From a virus (lineage: Duplodnaviria > Caudoviricetes): 64,000 bases of DNA. Every line of letters starts with the position of its first letter. Position 1 is the stretch's first letter. Shown in pieces: positions 1 to 9,392 of the stretch. The stretch covers positions 1-64,000 of the IMG/VR virus record IMGVR_UViG_3300033463_000095; one strand, 5' to 3'. Position numbers and translations under genes: made by a program. Under the pieces are notes generated by a model. The model searched no databases. It was not told the DNA's origin and saw only the letters and a list, made by a program, of their open reading frames with translations.

Positions 1-542
1 CCACTATTTGTAATGAAAGCACTTTCATTAACACTATTTAATTTATCTTGATTAGTTAAGCAATAATCACTATATTCTTTTGAGAAAGTAATTACTTTTG
101 ATATTTCTTGAGTATCAAGTAAATCTAATTTTTTAATTGGGTTATCAACTCCAAACTCTTCACATAATCTTGGAATTGCTTGTTGGTCGAACTTTCCATT
201 ATGAGCGACCATTATTTTAGCATTATATCTATTAATAATTTTTTCTAAGTCTTGTGCCATATCATTAGTACTTACTAATTTATATCTTTTATCATTTTCT
301 AGTTTTTCAAAATAACTTGGATATTTAGTAGCACTAAAAGTTGATAGCATTATATATTTATTATTAAAGAACTTTCTAATTAAATAACTTTTTTCCTTAA
401 CAACCTTCATATTTTCCAAGTCGAAGACCTTTATACCTATCTCAAATGGTAATATACTTTCCGCTACATATAGACTACCTATTGTTTCAGTATCTACAAA
501 TAGCAAATATTTTTGTTTCTTAATGTCAATTTTTTTAATCAT
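1..542 (-). CDS. DEDDh-family 3'-5' exonuclease (runs off window start)
   Basis: Manual translation MIKKIDIKKQKYLLFVDTETIG...MVAHNGKFDQQAI...LDLLDTQEIS gives ExoI (DTET) and ExoII (HNxxFD) motifs. RBS-like GGAAAGGA upstream. Absent from the ORF track because there is no stop in the window. Confidence 0.75.
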   Translation of the reverse strand, partial: MIKKIDIKKQKYLLFVDTETIGSLYVAESILPFEIGIKVFDLENMKVVKEKSYLIRKFFNNKYIMLSTFSATKYPSYFEKLENDKRYKLVSTNDMAQDLEKIINRYNAKIMVAHNGKFDQQAIPRLCEEFGVDNPIKKLDLLDTQEISKVITFSKEYSDYCLTNQDKLNSVNESAFITNS

Positions 543-590
543 TATATCATTTCCTTTCCTATCTCTCATTGATAATATAAGTATATCACA

Positions 591-773
591 TTACCATTTC
601 TTTGTCAATGCTTTTTTAAAAAAATCGTAAATTTTTTTATCTTTTTCACTAATTAAAATTAAACCTATTTTATTACATTTATTTAATTCAGTAAAGCATT
701 TTTCACAAAAATAATATTTACAACCATAACTATTATCCCAATTAATTTCTTTTTCACAAAAATAGCATTTCAT
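591..773 (-). CDS. Small Cys-rich (CxxC...CxxC) protein, possible Zn finger
   Basis: MKCYFCEKEINWDNSYGCKYYFCEKC; GAGGTG RBS and own promoter. Confidence 0.6.
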   Translation of the reverse strand: MKCYFCEKEINWDNSYGCKYYFCEKCFTELNKCNKIGLILISEKDKKIYDFFKKALTKKW

Positions 774-894
774 TTTTATCACCTCTTACATTATAAGTAT
801 ATCATAAGTAGTATAATAAGTCAATAAAAAAAATGTAATTTTTTCATTTTTTTACTTGACACTTTTAGGAATGTAAAGTTTTGTTAATAGTACA

Positions 895-1045
895 AATGTT
901 CAATGTAAAAAAGTGTAAATTGACACAATTTGACACATTGCGGCGCTTCCCTATTTAAACAGCCGGAAACGCGCCGCTTTACATGTCAATTGACATGTAA
1001 AATAAAGGGTTGCCGCAATTAAAAAAGTGTCAATTGACACTTTTA
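895..1045. repeat. TTGACA/TTTACA-rich palindromic element 1 around a GC-rich hairpin
   Basis: GCGGCGC(940-946)...GCGCCGC(971-977) stem; perfect palindromes TTTACATGTCAATTGACATGTAAA (978-1001) and AAAAGTGTCAATTGACACTTTT (1023-1044). Confidence 0.8.
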
Positions 1046-1047
1046 TT

Positions 1048-1212
1048 TTACGCAACTACAATATTATATTTTAGTGCTTTTGCGTTTGCGTTTCTTCCAC
1101 GCAATTTTTTATTAGTTTTACCTTTCTTTGCTAGGTTTTGTGCAGTTCTCATAAATTGTGCGGCGTTCTTATCAACTACCACCTTTTGTACTACATTTTT
1201 TCTTTTTGCCAT
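1048..1212 (-). CDS. 54-aa highly basic peptide
   Basis: MAKRKNVVQKVVVDKNAAQFMRTAQNLAKKGKTNKKLRGRNANAKALKYNIVVA; AGGAGAG RBS and promoter at 1246-1274. Below the ORF-track length cutoff. Confidence 0.6.
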   Translation of the reverse strand: MAKRKNVVQKVVVDKNAAQFMRTAQNLAKKGKTNKKLRGRNANAKALKYNIVVA

Positions 1213-1281
1213 TGTAATCACTCTCCTTTTCTTATTTACAATATTATTATAGCATACTTGAAATTATTAGTCAATAGTTTT

Positions 1282-1446
1282 TTAAAATATTTGTTGTAAA
1301 ATATATAAAGTAATAGGTATTGTTGTAGGTCTTAACCAAAAACCAATAAAATCTCCAACAAATTTAGAAATGTTTTCAATTTTTTGTTTTTTTATTTGAT
1401 ATTCTTGTTCTTGAGTTTTTAACCATAATTCAAATTCATTTTCCAT
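1282..1446 (-). CDS. 54-aa hypothetical protein
   Basis: MENEFELWLKTQEQEYQIKKQKIENISKFVGDFIGFWLRPTTIPITLYILQQIF; GAGGTG RBS and own promoter. Confidence 0.55.
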   Translation of the reverse strand: MENEFELWLKTQEQEYQIKKQKIENISKFVGDFIGFWLRPTTIPITLYILQQIF

Positions 1447-1525
1447 ACCATTCACCTCTTTTATATTATAAGTATATCACTTTTAAAATTATTTGTCAAT
1501 AGTTTTTTAATTAGTTATTCAATTT

Positions 1526-1717
1526 TTAAAATTGAATAACTAATTTTTCACAACCAAACTTTTCAACTACTAATTGATTAAGGGCTTGGATAGTCATATC
1601 TTTATTAATTCCACCCATAACCAATATGTAATCAGCATTATTCATATCACTTTTGTGAATATTCTTTGCGGCAATACTCATAGTTCCATTGTAATCTTTT
1701 TGTAAATATAATATCAT
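1526..1717 (-). CDS. Hypothetical early protein
   Basis: ORF track; RBS and own promoter. Confidence 0.6.
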   Translation of the reverse strand: MILYLQKDYNGTMSIAAKNIHKSDMNNADYILVMGGINKDMTIQALNQLVVEKFGCEKLVIQF

Positions 1718-1812
1718 TTCAATTCCCTCTTTCTTTCATTTCTTACATTATAATTATCTCATATTATTAATTATTTGTCAATAGTTTTTTTATTTTTTGT
1801 TGAGTTAGTTGA

Positions 1813-2022
1813 CTAATCAACTAACTCAACTTCTTCTATCCAAAAGTCCACTCTTTCAGGGAAGCAACAATTAATACTTTCTAAGAAATCTTTATCTTGT
1901 TTTAATTCTTCTATTGCTTTATTTGCTTGTCTTTTTGAAGAGTAGCAATATTTAAAAGTAAATTCTTCATAATCTTCATACTCTTCTCCATTATCATATT
2001 TTACTAAATAGATTTTTTTCAT
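1813..2022 (-). CDS. Small acidic hypothetical early protein
   Basis: ORF track (MKKIYLVKYDNGEEYEDY...); GAGGT RBS and own promoter. Confidence 0.65.
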   Translation of the reverse strand: MKKIYLVKYDNGEEYEDYEEFTFKYCYSSKRQANKAIEELKQDKDFLESINCCFPERVDFWIEEVELVD

Positions 2023-2087
2023 TTTAATTACCTCTCTTTCTTACATTATAAGTATATCATAGTATAGGTATTAAGTCAACACTTTTT

Positions 2088-2276
2088 TTAAAAATTTTTT
2101 ACTTTGTGTATTTTTGGAAGTTCTTGATAAAATGTTTCTCTATCAACAATTTCATTATTACAAAAGTAAACATAATGAGTAGAAACTTGAACGATAAAAA
2201 AACCCTTTCCATAATCACTTATCCAATTTTTTATTTGTAATCTTTTTAATAAATCTTTTACCATTTCTTTATTCAT
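2088..2276 (-). CDS. Hypothetical early protein
   Basis: ORF track; RBS and own promoter. Confidence 0.6.
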   Translation of the reverse strand: MNKEMVKDLLKRLQIKNWISDYGKGFFIVQVSTHYVYFCNNEIVDRETFYQELPKIHKVKNF

Positions 2277-2408
2277 AAAATATTCTCTTCCTTTCTTACA
2301 TTATAATTATCTCATACTATAAGAAAAAAGTCAATACTTTTTTTTAATTTTTTTAATGTGCGGCAACGCACCCTCATGTATCATAAGTTGCACTTTATAC
2401 ATTTTGGG

Positions 2409-2576
2409 AGTGTAAAGTGTAAATTGACAGTTGACATTTGGTTGACAAAAACTTGACATGTAAATTTACATGTCAATCGCGGCGCAGGTGGTGTCAGACT
2501 ACCGTAGGCGCGCCGCTTTACACTTTACATGTAAACTGTCAAATGTTAAAAAGTGTAAAGTTTACATACTTTACAC
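2409..2576. repeat. TTGACA/TTTACA-rich palindromic element 2 around a GC-rich hairpin
   Basis: Perfect palindrome TTGACATGTAAATTTACATGTCAA (2453-2476); GCGGCGC(2479-2485)...GCGCCGC(2510-2516) stem; shares AAAGTGTAAATTGACA and GCGCCGCTTTACA with element 1. Confidence 0.8.
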
Positions 2577-3284
2577 TAATTGCATATAATAATTGTAAAA
2601 TTCAGTTACGCCACCAACCCAATATTGATTTAAATTATTAGGGTCATTTATTGCACCAATAGGACAATACTTAGCACCGATTTCCGCAATTTCATTAAGT
2701 CCCATATCAAAGTAATAAGTTTTTACTATTCTAATAAAGTCATTAAGTCCTTCTTCATATGTTGTATATCTTTTGATTTCACTTGCACCATTACACATTA
2801 TTCCACCAAAATTATTTTTATCATTAAATGCTTTACTAGTCCAATTACCTGTTTCATGTCTTGATATACTTACTAATAATATTGCTTGTTCTTTTGTTAA
2901 ACCATTTTCTATTGCTTTATTATATATATTATTTGCATTATCATTTTGTAAATCTATTACTTTATTTTCTTCTATTTTTTCAGTAATATTATTACTTGTT
3001 TGTGTTTCTATTGTAATTGTTTGTATATTTTCTTTATAAATAACTTTTTCAATTACCTTTGGTTTGTATATATATAATACACTTAATATAATCATTGTAT
3101 ATATAATACTTACTTTTAATATTTTTGGTAATTTATTATATAATTTAATTGTTATTTTATTAATGTTTTTAATAAATAAATAAATCATTGTAATAGTTCC
3201 AATTAAACTATATAATATAGTTCTTACATACTCTTTAAAATAATTTATATATCTTTTCTTTTTATTCTTTTTAATTCTTGTCAT
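2571..3284 (-). CDS. Membrane-anchored glucosaminidase-like (GH73-type) peptidoglycan hydrolase
   Basis: Two N-terminal hydrophobic segments; C-terminal ISRHETGNWTS...NNFGGI...GAKYCP...NDPNNLNQYWVGGV resembles the glucosaminidase/lysozyme-like fold. Confidence 0.65.
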   Translation of the reverse strand: MTRIKKNKKKRYINYFKEYVRTILYSLIGTITMIYLFIKNINKITIKLYNKLPKILKVSIIYTMIILSVLYIYKPKVIEKVIYKENIQTITIETQTSNNITEKIEENKVIDLQNDNANNIYNKAIENGLTKEQAILLVSISRHETGNWTSKAFNDKNNFGGIMCNGASEIKRYTTYEEGLNDFIRIVKTYYFDMGLNEIAEIGAKYCPIGAINDPNNLNQYWVGGVTEFYNYYMQLV

Positions 3285-3323
3285 ATCAATACCTCTTTAT
3301 TAAGAGAACCTTTAAAGGTTCTC

Positions 3324-3509
3324 TTAAAATACCTCATTTGCATAACTTGATTTAATTAATCTATCAATTTGTTTTAATTCTTTTTTATATTCTTTATACA
3401 TTTTATTTGTATCTTTTTCTAATGTATTCATATTTAATTCTATTGTTAAAATATAATCTTTTAATTGTTTTTTATAATTCTTTAATTCTTTAATATTATT
3501 CTTTTTCAT
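3324..3509 (-). CDS. Hypothetical coiled-coil protein
   Basis: ORF track; GAGGT RBS. Confidence 0.55.
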   Translation of the reverse strand: MKKNNIKELKNYKKQLKDYILTIELNMNTLEKDTNKMYKEYKKELKQIDRLIKSSYANEVF

Positions 3510-3648
3510 AATTTATACCTCTTTCATTTTTTTTTATTATTTACTTGAAAGAGTTTTTCAACTCTTTCAAGTATTAGTTTTTTGTTTTTACTTTTCTTCG
3601 TTGTTTTCACTCATGTTGTCAATTATCATTTGAATAATTTCTTCCATT

Positions 3649-3834
3649 TTATTCACTCTCTCTTTCTTTTTCTATTTTTTCAATTCTTTGATAAAGTTCT
3701 TCGATTTGGTAATACTCATTTTCTTTATCATCATCATTAAAATTATTTTCTTCCATTTCTTTGTAAACTTTTCTTTGTAATTCATAAAGTCCTTTTCTAA
3801 TCAATTCTAATTCTTTATTATTTAATTCTTTCAT
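3649..3834 (-). CDS. Hypothetical charged protein
   Basis: ORF track; RBS and promoter at 3870-3898. Confidence 0.6.
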   Translation of the reverse strand: MKELNNKELELIRKGLYELQRKVYKEMEENNFNDDDKENEYYQIEELYQRIEKIEKERESE

Positions 3835-3948
3835 TTTAATTCCTTCTTTCTTTATTTATTTACAATTTAATTATAAACCTTTATTAGTTAATTGTCAATA
3901 CTTTTTTAAAAATTTTTTTATTTTTTTTTATTTTCTTGTAAAGTAGAT

Positions 3949-4131
3949 TTATTTATCTACTTTACAAGAAAAGTACTTGTCACCTTGATTAGTATAGTTT
4001 GTAATAACATTATCTTTTCCATTACAACGGTCTATTGCTTTTTTGTATTCATTATTACTCATTTTATTTAATACTAAAATACAAATTACAATTCCTACTA
4101 TACATAATACTTGGTAAAATTTTTCTTTCAT
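3949..4131 (-). CDS. Small protein with N-terminal TM segment and two C-terminal-region Cys
   Basis: ORF track; promoter at 4167-4195. Confidence 0.6.
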   Translation of the reverse strand: MKEKFYQVLCIVGIVICILVLNKMSNNEYKKAIDRCNGKDNVITNYTNQGDKYFSCKVDK

Positions 4132-4267
4132 TTTCTTTCCCTCTTTTCCTCTCTCATTGTACTTTAATTATACACCCATTCTAAAATAATGTCAATAGTT
4201 TTTCAAAAAATAATTATAAATTTTTTTAATAGTGTAAAGTATTTATTATAAAAATAATTTATAACAA

Positions 4268-4304
4268 AAAAATGCTTCTAATCGATTAGAAGCAAAAATT
4301 TTTT
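4268..4304. terminator. Bidirectional intrinsic terminator
   Basis: GCTTCTAAT-CG-ATTAGAAGC inverted repeat flanked by A/T tracts. Confidence 0.65.
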
Positions 4305-4310
4305 AATAAA

Positions 4311-4431
4311 TAGAGAGAGGGTTGCAACTCTACCTGGCGTTTCTTCTTAGTCAACTCTACGGGGCGTACCTTTTAGGAAAAAATGAAACGCCAGGACGCG
4401 TTGCCCCTTTGTCACGACACTACTCTCTCCA
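4311..4431 (-). ncRNA. Candidate structured RNA, family unassigned
   Basis: GC-rich non-coding stretch with nested stems: AGAGAG/CTCTCT, GCAAC/GTTGC, and an 11-bp CCTGGCGTTTC(4333-4343)/GAAACGCCAGG(4385-4395). Strand is inferred from the upstream gene and downstream terminator. Confidence 0.4.
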
Positions 4432-4550
4432 AAATATTTTTCCATTTCTAACCACGATCTTTTTATGAAAAACTCATCTTCCTCTTTCACTTAAATTCCA
4501 TTTCTAAATATACGCAAGCACGCTTTAGACTCCGTTATCGAAGCCCGCCG

Positions 4551-4703
4551 CTAATATCTTCCTTTTTCAATTCTTTTTTTATAATCTTTTGGTTTTGCTT
4601 TTGATCCTGTTACCACATTTATCATTTCATAAATACTCCTTTTTACTATTTTTTCAGGTTTTGGTAATAATCTTTCAGGTAATCTAAACTTTCTTTTACT
4701 CAT
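4551..4703 (-). CDS. 50-aa basic peptide
   Basis: MSKRKFRLPERLLPKPEKIVKRSIYEMINVVTGSKAKPKDYKKRIEKGRY; start overlaps the stop of the upstream gene. Confidence 0.5.
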   Translation of the reverse strand: MSKRKFRLPERLLPKPEKIVKRSIYEMINVVTGSKAKPKDYKKRIEKGRY

Positions 4704-5103
4704 ATTGCACCCAACCTCTTTTAGGTATCATCTTCTCAAAATAAATATAATTACAATCTTCCATAACTATTTGATAACCTCTAACACTCAAATAAGCATT
4801 TATCTCATCTTCATATTCATTATAAAAATCTTTATTTAAATATAAGCTAGTTGGTTTTCCAATCAATAACCTATCTATTTCATATTTCCATGCGGAAGCA
4901 TCGCTATGTCCGGACGTATCTACCTCATCAGATTCCTTACCGGCGTCGCCGCATTCAAATACATATTTTTTACTTTTATTATCATAAGTTACATACAAAG
5001 GTGGATCATCATTTTTTAATATCAATTCTTTATCTATCTCAACTCTTGTTAAACCTAAACTTATCATTAAAACATAAACACTTTTTATTAATTCATCACT
5101 CAT
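4696..5103 (-). CDS. Hypothetical protein
   Basis: ORF track, 135 aa; promoter at 5136-5164. Confidence 0.65.
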   Translation of the reverse strand: MSDELIKSVYVLMISLGLTRVEIDKELILKNDDPPLYVTYDNKSKKYVFECGDAGKESDEVDTSGHSDASAWKYEIDRLLIGKPTSLYLNKDFYNEYEDEINAYLSVRGYQIVMEDCNYIYFEKMIPKRGWVQYE

Positions 5104-5135
5104 TATAACACTTCCTTTTTTATTTTTCTATAATA

Positions 5136-5213
5136 ATTATATTAAAAATTTTAATCAAAATCAATTAATCTTTTTAAATCACGCTTGACCATCAAAAAAT
5201 TTTGTGATATAAT
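5136..5213. promoter_or_regulatory. Divergent sigmaA-type promoter pair
   Basis: Minus strand TTGATT-17-TATAAT (5164-5136); plus strand TTGACC-17-TATAAT with extended -10 TG (5185-5213). Confidence 0.8.
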
Positions 5214-5241
5214 TATACTATAAGAGAGATTAAGAAAGGAG

Positions 5242-6336
5242 ATGCTTAATACGGAAACTAAAAAATTAGATTATACATTAAAAGATGCGGCAGCTCGTCA
5301 GGAATTCGTAACCGAGCTTTTACCCACTTTAACGAAAGAACAATTAAATAGTAAAAAATATATGGAAATATTGGCTGATTATATTGTTTCCGCAATGACT
5401 CCAGAAGAAAAAAAAGAAAAATTAATCTTAACTGACAATAGACTAGTAACTGTAAATAAAAGAGAAACTTCATTTCAAAGTCTTGTTGATAAATTTGAAA
5501 ATGGCGAAGATGGTCTTTGAAATTTAATGATAGAAAATGATAAAAATGTATTATTAACTCATAAAAAAGAAATAACTAAAAAAGATTTAGAAGAAATAAA
5601 AGATTTAAATGATTTAAAAGAAAGTATTGCAATAATAGAAAAAATGGAAAAGGCGGCAACCGGTAAGAAAAAATTTAAGTTAAAAAAATGATTAATTGAA
5701 ATGCATCAAGAACAATATATTATAAAAGATGCTTACCGCAATGCGGTAACACCTACTTCCGCAGCAATTAAAAATTTAACAAAAGCAAGATTAAATGAAG
5801 AAATAACTATAGATGAAGATGGTGAACCTCATAGTAATTGTTTAATAGATTTATTTAACCCAACTCATATTAGTGCATTACTATGTAATTATTCTGCACT
5901 TAAAGAAGATTGTTGAGGTAATTTTTCTTGAGACTTTTGGTATTTAATGGAAGACTTAGATGTTTTAGTAGATGACACATTAAGAGAAAAATATCCATTA
6001 TATTATAAATTATTAATTTATAAAATAGATGGTAGAAGTAATGCAGAAATCCAAGAAGCATTAAACGATGAATTTGGTATTACTTATACTGTCGAATATT
6101 TATCTTCTTTATGGCGTAATAAAATACCTAAATTAATTGCGGAAAAAGCTAAAGAAAATTATTTAATTTGATATTATACTTATAAAGAATATGGTAAATG
6201 AAAAAGATGTTCTAAATGTGGTCAAGTCAAATTAGCTCATAACAGATTTTTTTCAAAAAATAACACTTCTAAAGACCATTTTTACAGTATATGTAAAGAA
6301 TGTAGAAACAAGAAGAATAAAGAAGGTGTTAATTAA
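5242..6336 (+). CDS. 364-aa protein with HTH-like segment and C-terminal Zn ribbon; candidate regulator
   Basis: Joins ORF fragments 5242, 5701 and 5947 through 6 in-frame TGA. Contains GRSNAEIQEALNDEFGITYTVEYLSSLWRNKI and ends in CSKC...CKEC. Confidence 0.7.
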
Positions 6337-7550
6337 TGGCTACTAAATACTGTCCAAAATGTAATAAAACTATGGATGCTGATACTAAATTTTATCAAAA
6401 ACGTAATGGGGAAAAAACTGATTTATGTAAAGAATGTTTAACTATGCATATTGATAATTTTAATCCTGATACTTATGTATGAATATTAAAAGATTTAGAT
6501 TTCCCTTATGTTCCAGAAGAATGAGATGTTATTAGAAATAGAGCTTTTGAAACTGCAAGACAAAAAGGAAAAGAATTAAATGGAATGTCTGTTTTTGGTA
6601 AATATTTGGCGAAAATGCGTATTAAACAATTTTTAGGCAAAGGTTGAGCTGATTCAGAGAAGATACAAGAAGAATATGAAACCAGAAGAAAACAGAATGC
6701 AGCGGCTAAGGAACAACATGAAGCTATTCTAAAAGGTCAGTTCGAGAATGGAGAAATAACTGAAGCTCAATATAGAACTTTAATGAGTGTTGAAGAACAA
6801 GCTAAAGAGTATGCGGCAGCCCCTGTGGTAGCTCCAGAAGAGGTTGAGAATCCTTATGGTGATGGAAGTTCATTTATGGACGATGCTGCAATTAAAAGTC
6901 TTGGTGCAGACTTGACTGAAGAAGATAAAACTTATTTATTAATGAAATGAGGTAAATATTATCATCCTTGAGAGTGAGTTGAATTAGAAAAGAAATATAA
7001 TGAAATGATGCAATCATTTGATATTCAAGATGCTGATACAATGAATACGCTTATTCTTATTTGTAAAACTGATTTAAAAATGAATCAAGCTCTTGATACT
7101 GCAGATATTGAAGGATATCAAAAATTATCAAAGGTAAGTAATGATTTACGTAAATCTGCAAAATTCACTGCTGCTCAAAACAAAGAACAAAATGCAGATT
7201 TTGTAGATTCTATTGGTGAATTGGTTGCTTATTGTGAAAAAAATGGTGGAATTATTCCCAAATATGAAATTACAACGCCTCAAGATATAATAGATACTGT
7301 TATTCAAGATTTAAAAAATTATACAAAAGATTTAATTTATGAAGATAAATCATTAGCAAAACAAATCGAAGATTATTTAAAAAAGGTTGAAATTGCAAAA
7401 CAAATGAAAATAGATTTAAAAGAAGCAAAAGAAGCTGGTTTAGATGCTGTTGAAATAAAAGATGAAGATTTAGTTGATTATGAAGATTCTTTACAAGAGC
7501 AAAGAGAACAAGATGCGGAAATGCTTAATGAAAGTCTTGGTGATGAATAA
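6336..7550 (+). CDS. 404-aa protein with N-terminal Zn finger, upstream of TerL (possible terminase small subunit)
   Basis: MATKYCPKC...CKEC; open under code 4 into the 7005-7550 fragment; ATG overlaps the previous TAA. Function inferred from position only. Confidence 0.6.
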
Positions 7551-9304
7551 TGGCACTTAAAGATTTGTTAGAGTTATCAGAATCTAGAGGGTTGTTTGGT
7601 AGAAAACAAGGAATGTCTCAAGAGCGATTAGATGCGCAAATGGATAATTTAAGAAAAAAGATTGCTTTTTATAGAGAATATCCTGATTTGTTTGTTGATG
7701 ATATAAAAGGTCCAGATTGCACTTTTAAATTTTATTTTTATCAACGTGTATTTTTACGTATAGTAATGCGACATAGATATGTTTATGCCACATTTCCGCG
7801 TGCTTATTCTAAATCATTTTTATCTATGATGGCTTTAATGATTAGATGTATATTATATCCTAATTCACATTTGTTTGTAACCACAGGTGGAAAGGAACAG
7901 GCGGCAAGTATTACAGTTGCAAAAATTGAAGAAATATGTCATCTTATTCCTGCTCTTGAAGGAGAAATAAATTGGGAAAGAGGAGTTTCTAAAAAATCAA
8001 AAAATGATGTTAAATATATATTTAAAAATGGTTCTGTTATAGATATACTTGCGGCGACCGAAAGATCACGTGGTCAACGTCGTACTGGTGGTGTAATGGA
8101 AGAGTGTGTTTCTATTGATCAAACTATGCTTAATGAAGTTATTATTCCAACTACCAACGTCGATAGACGACTTCCAGATGGAAGTAGAGATCCTAATGAG
8201 GTTGTTAACAAATCACAAGTTTATATTACTACAGCAGGTTGAAAAAATTCATTTGCTTTTTCTAAATTAATTGAACTTTTAATACGTTCAATACTAGATC
8301 CAAATGAAGTAATGATTATGGGTGGTACTTATGAAACACCTGTAAAAGAAGGATTATTAAATGAAGATTTTGTAGATGAATTAAAACTAAGTGGCACCTA
8401 TCAAGAAGATTCATTTGATAGAGAATATCGAAGTAAATGAAGTGGAGATGTAGAAAATGCTTTTTATTCATCTGAAGAATTTGATAAGCATAGAGTTTTA
8501 CTTCAACCCGAATATGAATTTAGTGGCAGAAGTTCAAAAAATGCATATTATGTTCTTGGAGTGGATGTTGGACGTACAGGATGTACTACTGAAGTGTGTG
8601 TTTTTAAAGTAACACCTCAACCACAAGGAACTGCTTTAAAAAGTTTAGTTAATGTATATACTTATGATGCAGAACATTTTGAAAAACAAGCTATTAATAT
8701 AAAGAAACTTTATTATAAATATAAAGCAAGAATAGTATCAATCGATGCTAATGGTCTTGGTGTGGGTCTTGTAGATTTTATGACTGTTGCACAGACAGAT
8801 CCTGAATCTGGAGATGTATTACCTGCATTTGGAGTTGAAGGCGGAACCGCAGAAGATGTTATGGATCAGTATAAAAAGGTTAAAGGTCCAGATGTTGAAG
8901 AAAATGCTTTATATTTAATCAAAGCAAATGCACCTATTAACACAGAAGCATATGCTTATACAAGAAATCAAATGTCTAGTGGTAAGGTTAAATTTTTAAT
9001 AGATGAACAACAAGCAAAAATAAAATTAATGGATACAAAAGTTGGTCAAAATATGAGTCCAGATAAAAGAAATGAATATTTACAACCTTTCCAATTAACT
9101 TCAATACTAAAGGCGCAAATGCTTAATTTAGTTGAAGAGACTCAAGGTGTTAATATTATTTTAAAACAATCTAATAAAGGAATTAAGAAAGATAAATTTT
9201 CTGCTTTTATCTATGGTTTATATTATATAAAACAAGAAGAAGATAAAAAGAAAAAAAGAAAAGGAAGAAGTATTGCTGATATGTTATTTTACAGTGGTAA
9301 TTAA
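7550..9304 (+). CDS. terL: Terminase large subunit (584 aa)
   Basis: Walker A-like PRAYSKS, GGKEQA, Walker B-like GVMEEC, ITTAG, nuclease motifs VLGVDVGR, IDANGLG and KKDKFSA; two in-frame TGA. Confidence 0.9.
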
Positions 9305-9308
9305 TTTT

Positions 9309-9348
9309 GGGCAAAGTTAAAATATTTTATTTAATTAATATTAATATA
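9309..9348 (+). promoter_or_regulatory. Putative late promoter motif copy
   Basis: GGGCAA-N29-ATATA; same spacing as six other intergenic copies. Confidence 0.6.
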
Positions 9349-9392
9349 AATATAGAAATATTTTAATGATATACAATTTATAAGGAGGAAAA

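Larger units (their letters stand above)
580..4195 (-). promoter_or_regulatory. Array of nine sigmaA/sigma70-type promoters, one per small early gene
   Basis: TTGAC(A/T)-17 nt-(TATACT/TATAAT/GATAAT) at 580-608, 796-824, 1246-1274, 1471-1499, 1753-1781, 2051-2079, 2306-2334, 3870-3898 and 4167-4195. Most have an extended -10 TG. Confidence 0.85.

Noticed and set aside
560-2340. CRISPR-like repeat array
   Set aside because: The repeated segments are degenerate promoter/RBS cassettes separated by 200-400-bp genes; spacing is irregular and there are no cas genes.
1010-3039. Plus-strand ORFs 1010-1252, 2438-2641 and 2773-3039
   Set aside because: Shadows of minus-strand genes or of the palindromic elements; no RBS or promoter.
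4311-4431. tRNA (suppressor) or tmRNA
   Set aside because: No cloverleaf or T-arm GTTCRA consensus on either strand; kept only as an unassigned ncRNA candidate.
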